Shown: positions 1 through 9,130 of the stretch, in pieces
Layout of the letters: every line of letters starts with the position of its first letter
Numbering within the stretch: position 1 is the stretch's first letter
Source of the DNA: an uncultured Dehalococcoidia bacterium
GTDB lineage: Bacteria; Chloroflexota; Dehalococcoidia; Lucifugimonadales; UBA1123
Length of the DNA stretch: 64,000 nucleotides
Reading direction: 5' to 3'
Assembly (NCBI GenBank): GCA_951812505.1
Contig: CATOSI010000001.1
Location: 857,273 to 921,272, forward strand
Program-made: the position numbers and the translations under genes
The notes under the pieces: model-generated
Database searches by the model: none
Told to the model about the DNA's origin: nothing
What the model saw: the letters and a program-made list of their open reading frames with translations, nothing else

Positions 1-3
1 ATT

Positions 4-774
4 GTGCTGGCGGCCGTAGAGGCGATGTGTGAGCCGCAATTCAATCTTCACGCGGTCACGGCAAGCACCCAGGGGTCTGCGGTCCTCGCGGTGGTTAATG
101 GACCGATAGCGCGGGAGATTGGACTGAACAGCTCCATTAGCGTTTTTGGCCCAGGGCATCGCGCCAACGCCACGATAGGCAGGGCGATTCGGCTGGTCAT
201 CATAAATGCGACGGGTTCGGTTTCGGGCGAGATTGACAAGGCTACGCAGGGACACCCAGGCAAATACACGTGGTGCATTGCAGAAGACGAGGACGTTTCT
301 CCTTGGGAGCCTCTCCAGACAGACCGGGGCTTTTCATCCACCGACAACACCGTCTCGATATTCGCCGGGCTGTCCAGCATCCAGGTTGACAATCACGCAT
401 TTCAGAGGCCGGAGGAAATACTGATTTCTTTCCGAGACGCAATGTTCGCCGGAGGCGTCGGCTGGAATCAGGGTGAAGTCGTAGTGGTGCTCTGCCCCGA
501 ACACATCGGCCACCTGAAGAGCGCCGGCTGGTCGAAAGACCAGGTGAAGGAGTTTCTTTACGGCGCGGCGCGGCGGACGATATCTGAGTGGCGTTCGGCG
601 GGGCGATTCATACGCGACTCCGTCGGGGCTGACGATGATTACCTGCACTCCGTAACCTCGCCTGAGGCACTGACAGTATTGGTCGCGGGCGGTCACGCGG
701 GGGCATTCTCTTGCGTTATACCCCTCTGGAGCGGCGGTACGGGTTCGCGCTCTGTTACAAAGCTGATAGAATAG
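4..774 (+). CDS. conserved hypothetical protein, probably 5'-truncated by the window edge
   Basis: 256-codon ORF open to position 1 (ATT at 1-3 is in frame), stop TAG at 772-774. The next gene starts 27 nt later behind RBS GAGGTGAGG, so it is probably co-transcribed with the UGSC selenoprotein gene. No family recognised by eye. Confidence 0.55.
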   Translation: MLAAVEAMCEPQFNLHAVTASTQGSAVLAVVNGPIAREIGLNSSISVFGPGHRANATIGRAIRLVIINATGSVSGEIDKATQGHPGKYTWCIAEDEDVSPWEPLQTDRGFSSTDNTVSIFAGLSSIQVDNHAFQRPEEILISFRDAMFAGGVGWNQGEVVVVLCPEHIGHLKSAGWSKDQVKEFLYGAARRTISEWRSAGRFIRDSVGADDDYLHSVTSPEALTVLVAGGHAGAFSCVIPLWSGGTGSRSVTKLIE

Positions 775-801
775 GCATTAACGAAAGAAGAGAGGTGAGG
801 T

Positions 802-1344
802 ATGAACGGTTCGGCAGGAATAGCGGTATTGGACCCGACGGTCGCTCCCCTTCCGGCAGACGGCGTCGTGGCTGACAGGCCAAAGTCTCTGGACGGCGTC
901 ACAATCGGGCTACTGGCCAACGGCAAGATGAACTCGGTGGAGATGCTGACCGCTCTCCACGACGTTCTGGCCGACAGGTATGAATTCGGCGGAGTGGTGG
1001 AGCGCAACAAGATGAACGCATCCCGACCCTGCCCAGAGGACATAATTGACGAGATGGTCGCTAAGTGCGACGTGGTAATCACGTCGTCCGGCGATTGAGG
1101 GTCCTGCTCATCGTGCAGTGTGCACGACGGATTGACCCTCGAGAGGCGCGGAGTACCCACGGCGGTGATATGCACCGAGCCGTTCGTTACCAGCGCCGAC
1201 GCGATGGCGAACCTTGGCGGAGTTCCCGACTATCCATACGTGGTTGTCCCCCACCCGCTTGGGAGTCTGACAATGGAGCAACTGCGTGGGCTGGCTGCCA
1301 AGGCAGCTCCCGACGTACTGAGCATTCTGCTCGCCCAGAGGTAA
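802..1344 (+). CDS. UGSC-family selenoprotein; TGA at 1096-1098 decoded as selenocysteine (180 codons)
   Basis: ORFs 802..1098 and 1120..1344 are in the same frame and are separated only by TGA. Reading through gives ...VVITSSGD-U-GSCSSCSVHDG..., the U-G-S-C motif. A hairpin lies 12 nt downstream. tRNA-Sec, selA and selD are all in the window. RBS GAGGTGAGG precedes ATG 802. Confidence 0.75.
1111..1127 (+). promoter_or_regulatory. candidate bacterial SECIS hairpin of the UGSC gene
   Basis: Perfect 7-bp stem TCGTGCA / TGCACGA with a 3-nt G-containing loop GTG. The stem begins 12 nt after the UGA; the apical loop is about 20 nt from the UGA. Confidence 0.5.
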
Positions 1345-1399
1345 TGGTTACCAGAATCTGAACGGCGCTGCTTGCCAGGCAGTCGGATTTGGAGAGAAG

Positions 1400-1435
1400 A
1401 AAAGATGGGGCGAATATAGCCCCATCTTTTTATTT
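1400..1435. terminator. bidirectional intrinsic terminator between the UGSC gene and tRNA-Sec
   Basis: Hairpin GATGGGGC (1404-1411) / loop GAATATA / GCCCCATC (1419-1426), flanked by an A-run upstream and a T-run downstream, so it reads as a terminator on either strand. Confidence 0.6.
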
Positions 1436-1443
1436 GTGTTCGC

Positions 1444-1542
1444 TGGCGGGAGCGAGAGGGAGTCGAACCCACCGCGCCAACCGCTGGGTTGCCGCCGGAC
1501 GGTTTTGAAGACCGCGAGAGCCACCAGGCCCTATCCGCTCCC
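1444..1542 (-). tRNA. selC: tRNA-Sec, anticodon UCA (99 nt including encoded CCA)
   Basis: The reverse complement reads GGGAGCGG-AU-AGGGCC-UGGU-GGCUCU-C-GCGGU-CUUCAAA-ACCGU-(long variable arm)-GGGUUCGACUCCC-UCGCUCCC-G-CCA. It has an 8-bp acceptor stem, a 6-bp D stem, anticodon loop CU-UCA-AA and a long extra arm, all hallmarks of bacterial tRNA-Sec. Confidence 0.9.
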
Positions 1543-1623
1543 GGGCGGTGTAAAGGAACAAGCCCTCTACCCGGAGGATGAGAGCTCGGTTGGGGGTGAC
1601 CTTATCCAGCTATCTACCGACTC

Positions 1624-1953
1624 TTAAGCGATAACCTGGTCAACCCTCTCCTTGATTCTGGACTTGGGGAGCGCGCCAACGACCTGATCAACAGGAGTCT
1701 CCCCTCCGTTGAAGATCAGCAGCGTGGGAATACCGCGAATGCCGAACTGCATGGGAGTCTGCGGGTTGGAGTCAACGTCCATCTTGGCGAACTTGACCTT
1801 ACCTTCATACTCACCGGCAAGCTCCTCGACAATAGGCGCGATCATCTTGCAGGGGCCGCACCACTCCGCCCAGAAGTCAACAACGACGGGGGTATCGGAA
1901 TTGACCACCTCGTCCAAGAATGTCGAATCAGTAACTTCAAACGTTTTGGCCAT
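1624..1953 (-). CDS. trxA: thioredoxin
   Basis: WCGPC active site (FWAEWCGPCKMIAP) and about 109 aa from MAKTFEV. The upstream M at 1989 adds 12 unlikely residues. Confidence 0.9.
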   Translation of the reverse strand: MAKTFEVTDSTFLDEVVNSDTPVVVDFWAEWCGPCKMIAPIVEELAGEYEGKVKFAKMDVDSNPQTPMQFGIRGIPTLLIFNGGETPVDQVVGALPKSRIKERVDQVIA

Positions 1954-2080
1954 GCTTAACTCCAATCTGATTATGGGTTGGGATTTCACTACTTCATTAT
2001 ATTAGATGCGACAGGATAATGTCAGGTTCGCAAAACGATTTCAGAAGTGGACTTGCAACAGTTACGAGGACGCCAGTTCC

Positions 2081-2112
2081 TGGACTCCCGCCTTCGCGGG
2101 AATGACGATTGG
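2081..2112 (+). repeat. family A hairpin repeat (ATTCCC-N8-GGGAAT type), copy 1
   Basis: TGGACTCCCGCCTTCGCGGGAATGACGATTGG, with one mismatch in the 5' arm. Confidence 0.8.
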
Positions 2113-2160
2113 GCACCACGACGGACTTTTGCAATTGTCCGCAGGTTCGCGGAACTGAAT

Positions 2161-2721
2161 TCAGCGCCTGCGATACTCCACATAATCCAGCACAACCTCA
2201 TCAACCTCGTCCCACCATAGCGTCCCAAGCGTCAGACCTTTCGGCACGTCGAACAGCATCCAGCCCGAAACCTGGAAATTGCGGTCGAGCTGGACCTGGC
2301 CCCAAAGCAACTGTGTACATCTGCTCAGGTCTTCGTCGTCTCCCGGGTCCGTCAGGATTGAATCTTCATCCGCGGAATCCACGATGGACGAACTTTCAAA
2401 CGGATCGAAGGCTTGAATTCTTTCTCCTCGGCGGTCACCCAGCCTGGCCGCGTCAGGGTTTACCTCGAGCGGCATAACGGTGCTGGTGCGATTAACGACA
2501 GTGACGCATACCGCCGCCATCTGGCGATTGGACGCTCTGGGTCTGAATACATAAAACTGATCGCCGGGAGATCCATAAGTGATTTTCTCGGCTACCACCG
2601 GCCTCTTGGCGTGTATCTCGATACTCCGCCCCCGGACTCCGATTACGTCGGGGTTGCTCGAGCATCCGACCAAGGCCAGTGCGATGAGCCCTAACATTAT
2701 GGCTGCGCATCTATACTTCAC
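2161..2721 (-). CDS. lipoprotein, DUF4352-like
   Basis: A GTG start at 2721 gives the signal peptide VKYRCAAIMLGLIALALVGC with lipobox LVGC. The C-terminal beta-rich domain has VTVVNRTS...WMLFDVPKG, which resembles DUF4352. The start codon is uncertain (ORF track start is 2796). Confidence 0.55.
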   Translation of the reverse strand: MKYRCAAIMLGLIALALVGCSSNPDVIGVRGRSIEIHAKRPVVAEKITYGSPGDQFYVFRPRASNRQMAAVCVTVVNRTSTVMPLEVNPDAARLGDRRGERIQAFDPFESSSIVDSADEDSILTDPGDDEDLSRCTQLLWGQVQLDRNFQVSGWMLFDVPKGLTLGTLWWDEVDEVVLDYVEYRRR

Positions 2722-2824
2722 TAGGCCTGCAAAGGACGACGATATTTGTATAACCAGCTTATGGGTCGAGTTTGGGGTGTCAGTGTGGTGTTGCATTTAT
2801 TTTCGTCATATGTTCCCAATTGCA

Positions 2825-4024
2825 CTAAACCCCCGACAACGATGGCATCGCTCGCAGTCTGTTTACGAGGTCGGTCAGCGTCTCCAGGAGGTAATCAATT
2901 TCTTCGTCGGTGTTGTCTTGTCCAACAGTAATACGAAGGCTGCCCTGTGCCAGATCCGCGGGCAGTCCTATCGCCGTGAGTACGTGAGAAGGTTCCAGTG
3001 AAGCCGATGAGCAGGCGGATCCGCTCGAAGCGCAGATGCCCGCAAAATCGAGTCCCAAGAGAATAGGTTCACCTTCAACACTTTCGAATGACACATTCAC
3101 ATTATTGGGGAGCCGCTTCGTAGGGTGTCCATTGAGGCGAACGCCTTCCATTCGCTCCTGGATACCGTGAATGAGGCGATCTCTGAGTTTCATAGTATGT
3201 GCGGAAGCCTGTTCGCGCTCCGCGTCTGCCAGACGCATTGCTTCAGCCAGTCCCACAATCCCAGGAATATTCTCGGTGCCCGAACGCCTGTCCCTCTCCT
3301 GTCCCCCTCCCATCATCAGGGGCTCGAACGGAGTCCCGCGCCTGATGTAGAGTGCGCCAACGCCCTTGGGCCCACCGAGTTTATGTGCGGAAAGGCTGAG
3401 GAGGTCCACGCCCAGTCTGCGCGTGTTCACTTCGATAGCTCCCACCGCCTGGACTGCGTCGGTGTGCGTGTATATCTTGCGACCAAAGCGCTCCGCCGCC
3501 CGCGCAACGGTCGAGGAAATCTCCGAGATCGGCTGTATGGTCCCGATTTCATTGTTAGCCATCATTACGCTTACAAGGATGGTGCGGTCGGTCACCGCCC
3601 TCGCTACGTCGTCCGGTTCGACCAGCCCGTACTTGTCCACCGGCAGGTATGTAATCTCGAATCCGAACTGCTCCAATTGGTGGCACGCGTGCAGTACAGC
3701 ATGATGCTCGATTGCTGTCGTTATTATGTGGTTGCCGACATTCCTGAGCGCGAAGGCTACTCCCTTGAGAGCGGCGTTATCCGATTCCGTTCCACCGGAT
3801 GTGAATACGATCTCGCTCGTTCGACAGCCGAGAGACCGCGCCACTCCCCGTCTGGCGTCGTCGAGGGAGCCTCTGCTCTGTTGGGCAAGTTCGTAAATGC
3901 TTGAGGCGTTGCCGAAATATTCGGTGAAAAACGGCATCATTGCACGCACAACCTCCGGCCTGACCGGAGTAGTCGCCGCGTTGTCCATATATATCAGCTT
4001 GTTGTTCAATGCCATCCGACTCAC
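2825..4024 (-). CDS. cysteine desulfurase (NifS/IscS-type class V aminotransferase)
   Basis: MDNAATTP N-terminus, PLP-lysine context [10 protein letters not shown], and catalytic-loop cysteine in SSGSACSS. Confidence 0.85.
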   Translation of the reverse strand: MSRMALNNKLIYMDNAATTPVRPEVVRAMMPFFTEYFGNASSIYELAQQSRGSLDDARRGVARSLGCRTSEIVFTSGGTESDNAALKGVAFALRNVGNHIITTAIEHHAVLHACHQLEQFGFEITYLPVDKYGLVEPDDVARAVTDRTILVSVMMANNEIGTIQPISEISSTVARAAERFGRKIYTHTDAVQAVGAIEVNTRRLGVDLLSLSAHKLGGPKGVGALYIRRGTPFEPLMMGGGQERDRRSGTENIPGIVGLAEAMRLADAEREQASAHTMKLRDRLIHGIQERMEGVRLNGHPTKRLPNNVNVSFESVEGEPILLGLDFAGICASSGSACSSASLEPSHVLTAIGLPADLAQGSLRITVGQDNTDEEIDYLLETLTDLVNRLRAMPSLSGV

Positions 4025-4082
4025 CTGATTTCAGTCGGAACCTTGACCGATTCCGCCCGACGTGGACAATTGTAACATGCGT

Positions 4083-5009
4083 TTACTTTCCGCCGGATAC
4101 TATGTATCCCATCATCTTGTACGCCAGCCTGGCCGCCGTCGAGGAGCAGGCAACAGGTCCCTCCTCCGGACTCAATTCAACGATATCGAACCCAACTACG
4201 TTGGAACTGACAGCCACCTGCCTGAGCAGGGACGTAACATCCCACCAAGTCATACCGCCGGGTTCGGGAGTCCCGACAGCCGACATTATAGACGGATCCA
4301 TCACATCGAGGTCTATAGACACATATACATTGGACGAGAGACGACCGCAGACTTCGGCTATGAATTCCTCGGTGTCGCCGTGCCACGGCCAGTAGAAGAC
4401 GGGAATCCCGCCAGACTTGGCGAATTCATGCTCTTCCGCGCTGATGGAGCGAACTCCCACCTCAACTAGGGGACATATCTCGGAAATTCGCATTGCTACT
4501 GAGGCGTGTCCCCACCGCGTACCCATGTACGAGTCCCTCATATCGGCGTGTGCGTCCAAGTACAAGACGGTCAAGTCGTCGAAGCGCCCTTTGCAGGCGC
4601 CAACCGCTCCAATAGTTACCGTGTGCTCCCCACCTAATACGACGGGAATTTTTTCGTCCCCGATGACCTTGCTTACAAAAGATCGCAGCTGCCTTACTAC
4701 CCGCTTCGGTCCCGAGAGATCGGGCGAAACCTCCGCAAAAGTGTATATGCCTCGGTCAGAAGGGTCGGTCTCTAACTCGACGTCGAAGTCCTCGAGATGG
4801 CGGGAGGCGTCGATTATAGCGGCCGGACCATATCTTGAACCGGACCTGAATGATGTGGTGCTGTCATAGGGGACGGGGATCACGGCAAACTGCGAAGTTT
4901 CGTAAACGTGCTCTTCGGGCGGAGTATCCAGGAATGTTTGCCATTGATATTCGGGTCGCGGCACGGCAGCGCTACTCGGCGTTGACCGCGGTCGCACGCA
5001 AACCCACAC
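4083..5009 (-). CDS. speB: agmatinase / ureohydrolase family
   Basis: Mn-binding motifs GGEHTVT, LDAHADMRD and SIDLDVMDPS. Probable GTG start at 5009 or 4997, since the 338-aa ORF-track version overlaps speH too far. The start is uncertain. Confidence 0.8.
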   Translation of the reverse strand: MWVCVRPRSTPSSAAVPRPEYQWQTFLDTPPEEHVYETSQFAVIPVPYDSTTSFRSGSRYGPAAIIDASRHLEDFDVELETDPSDRGIYTFAEVSPDLSGPKRVVRQLRSFVSKVIGDEKIPVVLGGEHTVTIGAVGACKGRFDDLTVLYLDAHADMRDSYMGTRWGHASVAMRISEICPLVEVGVRSISAEEHEFAKSGGIPVFYWPWHGDTEEFIAEVCGRLSSNVYVSIDLDVMDPSIMSAVGTPEPGGMTWWDVTSLLRQVAVSSNVVGFDIVELSPEEGPVACSSTAARLAYKMMGYIVSGGK

Positions 5010-5397
5010 GCTCTCGCACCATTCCCGAATAAGTTTCTCTGTCGCCGATGTACTCAAGCCCTCTATCCAACAGGCAGGAGTCCACATCGGATAGTCCAAA
5101 CATCCGCTTAACGGCGGAGAGGGCGGCCGATGCGTCGAACTGCTTGCACGAGAAGATATCTACATTCAGGTAACCGCGGTCGGGAAATGTATGAACGGTT
5201 ATGTGGCTTTCCGCAATAAGAACGAACCCGGACAGTCCCCAGTCTCCCGGCTTCTGGCCGTGGTAGGTATAAACCTGGGGAGGGGAAATTTTAGTCATGC
5301 CAATCCGATCCGGGTAATCCCCCAAGAATTCGTAGATCAACTCCACGTTCCCAAGGGAGTCCGAATCTCCACCATAACCGTCAATCACGAGATGCAA
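4972..5397 (-). CDS. speH: S-adenosylmethionine decarboxylase proenzyme (small pyruvoyl SpeH type)
   Basis: MHLVIDGYG... with the self-cleavage motif AESHITVHTFP. Confidence 0.8.
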   Translation of the reverse strand: MHLVIDGYGGDSDSLGNVELIYEFLGDYPDRIGMTKISPPQVYTYHGQKPGDWGLSGFVLIAESHITVHTFPDRGYLNVDIFSCKQFDASAALSAVKRMFGLSDVDSCLLDRGLEYIGDRETYSGMVRERVGLRATAVNAE

Positions 5398-5573
5398 CTG
5401 AAGAACACTCCATTAACTCGACTGCCGACTTCAAATTCGGCGGGAACTTAGCTTATCACTACCTGTAGATGCCGTACAACAAGTCACGCCAAGGCGGCAG
5501 GATCTTTTCATTATCCTGCATGGCATAGTCGTCGTACAGCGTCCAGTTGGTTTTCCCATGTAGCAGCCTACTC

Positions 5574-5634
5574 CCACCCCTGGATTGCATGAAGGCGAGC
5601 CCTTCGGGGTTCTCCCCTCGCGGGAATGACGAGA
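5574..5634 (+). repeat. family A repeat, expanded/degenerate copy 2
   Basis: CCACCCCTGGATTGCATGAAGGCGAGCCCTTCGGGGTTCTCCCCTCGCGGGAATGACGAG. The flanks match family A; the centre is replaced by a different hairpin. Confidence 0.6.
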
Positions 5635-5813
5635 TAGGATGAAAAGACCCTAGCCAGGGCAGCCTCGGTCTTGATTAGCTCAAACTGCATCAATTAGAAT
5701 CCGTAGGATTTCGTTCAGCGCTTTCTGCGTGAATCCCAAGAGGCTTCTCGAACGTAAAAGAAATCGAGTCCACTGGAAGGTCTCGAAATATATGAACAGG
5801 ACGTCGTAACACC

Positions 5814-6755
5814 ATGATAGAAGTCAGCGACGTAACCAAATACTACGGAAACTTCCCGGCAATAATGGACATCAATTTCCGAGTTGAGCAGGGGGAAGTT
5901 GTCGGCTTCCTCGGACCCAATGGCGCCGGCAAGTCAACCACCATGAAGGTGATCACAGGGTTCATTCCCCCTACCAGCGGCTCAGCATCGGTCGCCGGCT
6001 ACGACATCGTGAACGAGTCTCTCGAAGCGCGAAGGCATATCGGATACCTTCCCGAAACTGTGCCGCTCTACACTGAGATGACGGTCCGCGAGTACTTGGA
6101 CTACATGGGCAAGCTCCGCGGCATGAATTCAGACAAGATCCGCACGCGCATTGACGATGTGGTCGAGATATGCCACCTGGAGGACTACTACACTTCGATT
6201 ATAGGCAAGTTGTCCAAGGGCTTCAGGCAGAGACTCGGAATCGCGCAGGCAATCCTCCACGAACCCGACGTGCTCGTACTGGACGAACCCACCATCGGGA
6301 TTGACCCGATTCAGGTCGTCGAAACGCGTCAGCTCATCAAAGACCTCGGTGGAGACCACACCCTTATCGTGAGCACCCACATCCTGCCGGAAGTGAGTCA
6401 GCTGTGCGAACGTGTAATTGTCATAAACGAAGGCCAGATAGTGGCAACCGACGAGCCGGAAAACCTCGCCAGGCGCCTTCTTGGGAGGGAACGTGTTGAT
6501 CTCCAGATAAAGGGGCCCCAACAAGAAGTCCTTGGAGCGCTGGAAAGCGTCGAAGGCGTAGAGGAAGTTCGTCGCTTTAACATCGAGCGCGGGGTGATTC
6601 CTCAATACCGCGTAGAATCGGAATCTGGCATGGAGATTCGTGCTACTCTAGCCCAGAAGGTTATCGAGAGTGGCTGGGAACTTCACAGGCTCGAAGCCGT
6701 TACCATGTCTCTGGAAGAGATATTCCTCAAACTAACGACCGAGGACGAAGATTGA
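5814..6755 (+). CDS. ABC transporter ATP-binding protein (ABC-2 / GldA-like)
   Basis: Walker A GPNGAGKST, signature LSKGFRQRL, Walker B VLVLDEPT. Confidence 0.9.
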   Translation: MIEVSDVTKYYGNFPAIMDINFRVEQGEVVGFLGPNGAGKSTTMKVITGFIPPTSGSASVAGYDIVNESLEARRHIGYLPETVPLYTEMTVREYLDYMGKLRGMNSDKIRTRIDDVVEICHLEDYYTSIIGKLSKGFRQRLGIAQAILHEPDVLVLDEPTIGIDPIQVVETRQLIKDLGGDHTLIVSTHILPEVSQLCERVIVINEGQIVATDEPENLARRLLGRERVDLQIKGPQQEVLGALESVEGVEEVRRFNIERGVIPQYRVESESGMEIRATLAQKVIESGWELHRLEAVTMSLEEIFLKLTTEDED

Positions 6756-7462
6756 ACACGTTCAACATTGCCCTGAAGGAAAGCAAGCTCTACTTCGCTA
6801 CACCGGCCGCCTACATCGTCGGAGCGATGTTCCTGGCTCTCACTGGTGTCTTCTTCGTATTCGACGTCACCGCTCCCTTTGCAGAAGCCAGTGTTCGTGG
6901 AATCGTAGAATGGGCGGGCTTCTTCATTATCTTCCTGGCGCCTCTCCTTACGATGAGACTGCTGGCCGAGGAGCAGAAACTGGGCACTCTGGAACTGCTG
7001 CTCACGTCCCCCGTCAGGGACTGGGAAGTGGTGATCGGAAAGTATATCGCCAGCTTGCTCATACTGCTCGCAATTCTGGCCGTAACCTTTTACTATGTAC
7101 TTCTCCTCTACGTGTTCGGCGAACCGGACACGGGACCGGTGCTGAGTGGCTATCTGGGCCTGATATTGTACGGCGCGTCCGCTCTGGCGATAGGAATGCT
7201 CGGCTCGTCCATATCGGGCAATCAGATTGTATCGGCCGTGGTAGGCATCGCGATTCTGCTGATGTTGTCGTATGTGCACTACATAGGCGGCATCGTAACA
7301 GGCTTGGCTTCGTCAATCCTCAACGGCATGTCCATGAATCAGCGGATTGCGGACTTCAGCCGTGGAGTGATAGACACTTCCAGCGTAGTCTTCTTCCTGT
7401 CGCTAACGGCAGTCTTCATCTTCTTGACAATTCGATCTCTGGAAACGCGCAGGTGGCGATAA
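6752..7462 (+). CDS. ABC-2 type permease (GldF-like)
   Basis: Its start overlaps the ATPase stop by 4 nt. Six hydrophobic segments. The LLAEEQKLGTLELLLTSP motif is typical of ABC-2 permeases. Confidence 0.8.
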   Translation: MNTFNIALKESKLYFATPAAYIVGAMFLALTGVFFVFDVTAPFAEASVRGIVEWAGFFIIFLAPLLTMRLLAEEQKLGTLELLLTSPVRDWEVVIGKYIASLLILLAILAVTFYYVLLLYVFGEPDTGPVLSGYLGLILYGASALAIGMLGSSISGNQIVSAVVGIAILLMLSYVHYIGGIVTGLASSILNGMSMNQRIADFSRGVIDTSSVVFFLSLTAVFIFLTIRSLETRRWR

Positions 7463-9118
7463 TTGGCTAGGCAGTCTGACAGAAGAGCGGCTCTGAGCCT
7501 CGATCTTGTAGATTCACTCAAATCAACCGGTTTCTGGAGTGCCATCGGAGCGGTGGTCGGCTTGATTGCCACAGTCACCGGACTCGTCGTCTTCCTGACA
7601 GTGGACGAACTTCGCAATTTCGCGGTTTCGGTACTAATCATAGGACTCGTTCTGCTCTTCATCGCGCTTGTTCTCTCCCCGCGCGCAATCGCCGTCTTTA
7701 TGGCGGGACGACAGGGTCGCTACGGCGCCAATATCGCCGTGATGACGATTGCATTCTTCATAATCATGATTCTCATAAACTTCCTGCTGTTCCGAAGCCC
7801 GACCCGAGTTGACGTGACCGCCACGCGAGTATTCAGCCTCTCACAGCAGACCGAAAAAGTACTGGAGGCACTAGAAAAGCCTGTAAGGGCAAACGCCTTC
7901 TTTGTCCCCGGCGATACCAGGACGGCCTTCGACAGGCAGCAGGCAGAAGACCTGCTGAACGAATTCTCACGACGCAGTTCCAATTTCACCTACCGTTTCG
8001 TAGATCCCGAACTGAATCGAAGCGTCGCGGTTCAGTATGACGTGCGCGAATATCCGGTGGTCGTATTCGAAGACTTGGAGACCACCGCACAGCAAGGGGT
8101 CTTCAACCTCACAGAGCAGGACTTCGTAACCGGAATCCTCGTTGCCACCGGCGTTCAGCAGAAGCGCATCTACTACCTCACCGGGCACCAGGAGGCGGCT
8201 CTAAGCAGGGACGTAGCAACCGGTGAAACAGACGAGGAAGGACTCGATTTCGCCCTTCAGGGAATGCAAAGGGATAACTACCAAGTACGCGCTCTCAACC
8301 TGAAACAGGACGGCAGCGTACCGGAGGATGCGGCGATCCTCATAATTGCCGGACCGAAGCGCGATCTCGACACAGATGAGATGGACGCGGTGATGGACTA
8401 TCTGATTCGAGGCGGCAAGATGGTGGTCCTGCTTGACCCGGATGCACCGGACACCTACCGTCAGGTTCTGGCGGAGTGGGGACTGCTCATCGGCAGTAAC
8501 CCCATTGCCGACCTGATAAGCAATGTGGCCGGCGAAGCCAAGTCCCCCATGGCTCAGAATTCCAACGCACAGTTTGTATCCAGTGGCTTGACGAATATCC
8601 CAATTGTCGATCAGCTGAACGTCGTGTTCTTCACCGACGCGACAGCTGTTCAGCCGATCCTTCCACTTCAAGATCTGCCGACATACCTGACATATAGCTC
8701 GCTCACGCGCTCCACACCCGCAAGCTGGCTGGAGACGCACGCCGAGGAGGTCAATTACGACCCTGGCGACGATATACAGGGACCGTTCGACATCGGGGCA
8801 GTTGTCCAAGCGGGCGCAACTCTGACCGGTCAGCCGGTTACTGCGCAGGATACTATCGCCAAGGTGGTGGTGTTCGGAGACTCGGACTTCGCGAGGAACA
8901 AATTCTTCTTCAGCAGCGACAACGCGGACCTGTTTCTCAACTCGGTAAACTGGCTCGCGGAGGACTACGAGCTCATTTCGATCAGACCCAAGCTCATCCC
9001 CTTCCGGGAGTTGGTGGTCAACCAGCGCGAGCGTGACTTCATCAAGTGGTCAAGCTGGTTTGTTCCACCCGTAATTATGCTCATACTCGCAATATTCGTG
9101 TGGTGGAGGCGCCGGTAA
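7463..9118 (+). CDS. GldG-like ABC-transporter auxiliary protein
   Basis: It follows the permease stop directly. It has N- and C-terminal TM anchors and a large extracytoplasmic domain; VVVFGDSDFARNKFF is typical of the GldG family. Start codon TTG is uncertain. Confidence 0.7.
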   Translation: MARQSDRRAALSLDLVDSLKSTGFWSAIGAVVGLIATVTGLVVFLTVDELRNFAVSVLIIGLVLLFIALVLSPRAIAVFMAGRQGRYGANIAVMTIAFFIIMILINFLLFRSPTRVDVTATRVFSLSQQTEKVLEALEKPVRANAFFVPGDTRTAFDRQQAEDLLNEFSRRSSNFTYRFVDPELNRSVAVQYDVREYPVVVFEDLETTAQQGVFNLTEQDFVTGILVATGVQQKRIYYLTGHQEAALSRDVATGETDEEGLDFALQGMQRDNYQVRALNLKQDGSVPEDAAILIIAGPKRDLDTDEMDAVMDYLIRGGKMVVLLDPDAPDTYRQVLAEWGLLIGSNPIADLISNVAGEAKSPMAQNSNAQFVSSGLTNIPIVDQLNVVFFTDATAVQPILPLQDLPTYLTYSSLTRSTPASWLETHAEEVNYDPGDDIQGPFDIGAVVQAGATLTGQPVTAQDTIAKVVVFGDSDFARNKFFFSSDNADLFLNSVNWLAEDYELISIRPKLIPFRELVVNQRERDFIKWSSWFVPPVIMLILAIFVWWRRR

Positions 9119-9130
9119 CAGGCTGTAGAT

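Noticed and set aside
5459-5590. 43-codon minus-strand sORF (MQSRGGSRLLHGKTNWTLYDDYAMQDNEKILPPWRDLLYGIYR)
   Set aside because: Its N-terminal third is encoded by the family A repeat variant and it has no RBS. It may be the stump of a gene disrupted by the repeat, but I cannot support it as a gene.
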